Shown piece after piece: positions 59,259-64,000 of a stretch of 64,000 nt of DNA; position 1 is the stretch's first letter, and the number at the start of each line of letters is the position of its first letter. The position numbers were made by a program, and so were the translations under genes. The notes under the pieces are model-generated. The model was not told where the DNA came from, did no database searches, and saw only the letters and a list, made by a program, of their open reading frames with translations. Where the stretch lies: the sequence record OR532817.1; one strand, given 5' to 3'.

Positions 59259-59558
59259 ATGAAATTAAAAATGATTAATGATTATGTACTGGTAAAACTT
59301 ATTAAAGCAGAGGATACCAGTGCTGGTGGTATTATTCTAAGCAATGTTGAACCGCCTTGCGTCGGTCTTGTATTGTCAGTAGGTAAGGGTAAAGTTCTAC
59401 CTAATGGCGAAATTGCTGAACATGATATTAAAGAAGGTGATATGGTTATTTTTGGTAAATCATCCCTTAATATACCAATTGAAGAAGATCTTGGTGGTGG
59501 AAAGGATACTTATCATGTAATGAAAATTGAAGAAGTGTTTGGTAAGAAATATGCATAA
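59259..59558 (+). CDS. groES: Co-chaperonin GroES
   Basis: DYVLVK; mobile loop TSAGGIIL; GLVLSVGKG; IKEGDMVIF. Confidence 0.88.
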   Translation: MKLKMINDYVLVKLIKAEDTSAGGIILSNVEPPCVGLVLSVGKGKVLPNGEIAEHDIKEGDMVIFGKSSLNIPIEEDLGGGKDTYHVMKIEEVFGKKYA

Positions 59559-60258
59559 GAAAAAACGTCTCTTTCCATTTTGGTTAATTCCAGCCCATTG
59601 GGGATTAACTGGAAAAGCAAAAGAACTCGCTAAAATCAATTATTATTATTCAGGAAAAGATGCTGATCTTATGAGTGCAGAACATATGTACTTAACTCCA
59701 TATGAAATTGATAAAGCCAAAATGGAAATCAACAAAAAATATGATGATATTAGTGAACTACTATATCGTATCGGTGTTGTTGATTTGGATTTAAAATACA
59801 ATCGAATTTCTAAACTGGAGCACAGTAATTTAGTACTGGACATTCGATATGAATTAAAAGAACTGGATGAAAAAGAGTACGAAGCTCAAAAAATCGAATT
59901 ACTTCATGATGGTGTGGAAAAGAAATTAGCTGCAATTGAATATTCATATAAGTATCATGAGATTACTGAAAATGAATATCATAAAGAAATCGCAACTATT
60001 AACAAAGAACCATGGGGTCAATTATATTCATCATATAATCCAGAAGAAGGTTCAATTGAATTTTCTTTTGATTATAATGAATATTTTTGGAAAAAACTAA
60101 AAGCTGATGGTCATCCGGGTAATGACGAAGATGAGATTATCGATAATTATATCAGATATTGTTGTCGAAACATTGCACAGGATGATAATGAAGTTTCTGA
60201 AAGTGATGATGTGGTAATTCCAGACATTCTTCCCGAAGGATTTAAATCTTACAAATAA
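59551..60258 (+). CDS. Hypothetical protein (~235 aa)
   Basis: Start taken at ATG 59551, overlapping the groES stop; terminator at 60261-60291. Confidence 0.6.
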   Translation: MHKKKRLFPFWLIPAHWGLTGKAKELAKINYYYSGKDADLMSAEHMYLTPYEIDKAKMEINKKYDDISELLYRIGVVDLDLKYNRISKLEHSNLVLDIRYELKELDEKEYEAQKIELLHDGVEKKLAAIEYSYKYHEITENEYHKEIATINKEPWGQLYSSYNPEEGSIEFSFDYNEYFWKKLKADGHPGNDEDEIIDNYIRYCCRNIAQDDNEVSESDDVVIPDILPEGFKSYK

Positions 60259-60260
60259 TA

Positions 60261-60291
60261 AAAAAGGAGAATCATTTTGATTCTCCTTTTT
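60261..60291. terminator. Bidirectional intrinsic terminator
   Basis: AAAAAGGAGAATCA-ttt-TGATTCTCCTTTTT. Confidence 0.85.
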
Positions 60292-60305
60292 TTATATATT
60301 AAAAA

Positions 60306-61001
60306 TTAGCTTACCAGAGCAGGGATCCATTTATACATCTTAATTGCGAAATCACCAGCAGCATCAGCAGCGGTACTCAGTAGTGGAACTACGGTAACGC
60401 CATCTTTAGCCAGCATTGGAACACCAGTGAGATCATCAATCAACAGACGACCTACTTCTTTTTCAGTACTTGGAACACCCTGGAAAGAACGAATGTTTTT
60501 ATCAAATACATCAGCACGTTCGATCATAAAGGTAACAACAGTAGCAGCAGCGATTGAAGCAGTACCTACAGAAAGAACACCATTTGGTGCATTGGTAAAA
60601 TCTTCAATAGCAACACCAGTAGGATTGCCAGCGATTTCAGAAGTACTCAGAATAACTGCACGTTGTTGGACAATATCAACAATACGTTGTAGATTCAGTT
60701 GAGCAGCATAGGCAGCATTGTAATCAGCTTCAAGAGTTGCAACAACGAATGGAGTACCGTCAACGCGGATAATACCTTTTTCGTTAAGATAAGCAACGAT
60801 TACTTCTGGTAGTTCAGTGTTTAGAAAACGTTGAACACCGACAAATGAACTAATTGCACCAGTAACCATAAAATCAACATTACCTAGTTTACTTACAGCG
60901 ATTGATGCAAGGGCATTCTTACCATAGAAGTAGCCAAGTACTTTATCATAAGAAAAGCCATTAATACGTTCAAATTCGGTATTAGTAGTATTAGTAGCCA
61001 T
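60306..61001 (-). CDS. Putative abundant virion protein (Ala/Val-rich, 231 aa)
   Basis: Paralogous motifs shared with the upstream gene; codon bias similar to the major capsid gene. Confidence 0.55.
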   Translation of the reverse strand: MATNTTNTEFERINGFSYDKVLGYFYGKNALASIAVSKLGNVDFMVTGAISSFVGVQRFLNTELPEVIVAYLNEKGIIRVDGTPFVVATLEADYNAAYAAQLNLQRIVDIVQQRAVILSTSEIAGNPTGVAIEDFTNAPNGVLSVGTASIAAATVVTFMIERADVFDKNIRSFQGVPSTEKEVGRLLIDDLTGVPMLAKDGVTVVPLLSTAADAAGDFAIKMYKWIPALVS

Positions 61002-61016
61002 AGTTAATTCCCCTTA

Positions 61017-61625
61017 TTATAGTTGTACTGGTAGAGCAGCACGTACTTTAACAGCAGCAGCAGTTGCAGCACCGGCATTACCGCTTGCACCAGTACCACT
61101 TAGAGCATCGACAACGGCATCTTTAGTACGGAAAATACCAGCCTGCACCAGTGCTTTAGCTAGATCTTCTGCTGGGTTAACAGGGACGTCATAAGCAGCA
61201 CCTGGACGTTTATCTTGTTTGTTGAATACGTCTTGGCGTTCGATGATCCAAGTAATAGCAACAGAACCAGCACCACCAGCAACATCAACGCCGCTGGTTG
61301 CAAATGCAACTACATTAGCAGAAGCGGTTTTGAAATTGGAAGGGATAACAACATCAGTATCAAATGCAATTGTAGAAGTAGTAACCAGTACTGCACGTTG
61401 ACGTAGCAGTGAAGTAATTACGAACTGATTGTATTGAGCATTGGTTAGTGCAGTTTGAAGTGCTTGATCTTGTTCTTCAGAACCATCAGAGGTTACTTTG
61501 GTATGACCAACTTCAACATCAGTTGGTAGATCAATTACTACGGTTACAAAACCGTTATTACCACCCCACCATTCGCGGCTATCAGCACTCATACCATAGT
61601 TGCGGTTAAAAGAGTTAAGACTCAT
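61017..61625 (-). CDS. Putative abundant virion protein (Ala/Val-rich, 202 aa)
   Basis: AGGAGA RBS; TAAATA at 61677-61682 (minus strand); shares QRAV(I/L) and IERxDVF motifs with the downstream gene. Confidence 0.55.
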   Translation of the reverse strand: MSLNSFNRNYGMSADSREWWGGNNGFVTVVIDLPTDVEVGHTKVTSDGSEEQDQALQTALTNAQYNQFVITSLLRQRAVLVTTSTIAFDTDVVIPSNFKTASANVVAFATSGVDVAGGAGSVAITWIIERQDVFNKQDKRPGAAYDVPVNPAEDLAKALVQAGIFRTKDAVVDALSGTGASGNAGAATAAAVKVRAALPVQL

Positions 61626-61824
61626 AAAAAAATCTCCTTAGTCAATTTTGTTGTAAGTTTTCACCTTACTTAAAGTTATTTATCAAAATAAATCAGACCC
61701 CATTAAAATATAATAAAAAAGTCCAATTTTAACATAATAATATTTATCTTTTAAATATTTGAACGAATTAAAATCTAAATGATATAATATTATTGCTTAT
61801 TATGAAATGAAACGGAGTTCATAA

Positions 61825-63296
<1,472 letters not shown>

Positions 63297-63306
63297 TTCA
63301 GGAGAA

Positions 63307-64000
63307 ATGATAAGGATATCATTTTATTTTTTTATGAAAGGAACTGAATTCTTTAAACGATACACACCACACGAAAGTTCCTATCTATATGAAGATATGA
63401 TAGATAGTACTGAACATGTATATATGAACGTAGTCCCTAGACAAACTGGGACTACTACTTCTCTTATTGTGTATTCTGTATATAAAATAATGGAAAATAA
63501 AAACAAATATAATATTGCGTATGTTTTATCAAATAAAGAATTTGTAAAACATATGTTCTATGAATTCGACAGTTATCTTGATTATTTTTGTATAGAATAT
63601 AACAAAGAGCATAGTCATGAAATGACTTATGAAATCCATAATAATAACAAGTATGTATTATTATTAGATTCAAACGAAATCGGGTGTATAAATCTCTGTA
63701 AAGTTAGTGATTCATTATATGGGTATAAATTCAATGAAAGAATTTATGAAAATCCAACAATGACTAATGTAGACGTACATCAGTTAATGGACGAAATATA
63801 TTCATTGAAAGAACCATCAAAAATAATACACAATAGCAATATGATTCATGTTAAAAATGTTGATTTGAGTATATACAATCCTAAATATACACCATGTTTT
63901 CAATTTTGGCATATAGATTTATTTCAGTATCAACAACGTATGCTAAATATATTAGGTAAAGAGCTATATACAAAGGATTGCCTATTGAAAGGGATATGTT
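63307..64000 (+). CDS. Partial ORF with degenerate terminase-ATPase-like motifs (runs off the window; missed by the ORF track)
   Basis: GGAGA RBS; open frame MIRISF...YEDMIDSTEHVYMNVVPRQTGTTTS...LFQYQQRMLNIL... Confidence 0.55.
   Translation, partial: MIRISFYFFMKGTEFFKRYTPHESSYLYEDMIDSTEHVYMNVVPRQTGTTTSLIVYSVYKIMENKNKYNIAYVLSNKEFVKHMFYEFDSYLDYFCIEYNKEHSHEMTYEIHNNNKYVLLLDSNEIGCINLCKVSDSLYGYKFNERIYENPTMTNVDVHQLMDEIYSLKEPSKIIHNSNMIHVKNVDLSIYNPKYTPCFQFWHIDLFQYQQRMLNILGKELYTKDCLLKGIC

Overview
64 kb of an AT-rich, T4-related jumbo myovirus genome. Gene content and style resemble the RaK2/GAP32/121Q-type enterobacterial jumbo phages; that assignment is an inference. The window opens inside a group IA2 intron of thymidylate synthase carrying an I-TevI-like endonuclease. 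It then runs through tail, neck and baseplate genes (with a NUDIX hydrolase and an intact ClpA-like ATPase embedded), two related lysozymes, and a repeat-rich ~780 bp non-coding block. Next come gp55/gp47/gp46, endonuclease VII, the tail chaperone and tape measure pair, the head module (portal, protease, scaffold, major capsid), a tail fibre, and replication genes (DsbA, family B polymerase, clamp, GroES, RNase H). Best leads: (1) an unannotated -1 frameshift extension of the tail assembly chaperone; (2) strong over-representation of the palindrome AGTACT; (3) the td-like intron sitting 21 nt upstream of the T4 insertion site; (4) two distinct repeat families in the 28 kb non-coding block; (5) a recurring YTGAAC-N17/18-TATAAT promoter class. 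I saw no tRNA, rRNA or CRISPR array. All protein calls come from motif recognition by eye, not database searches.
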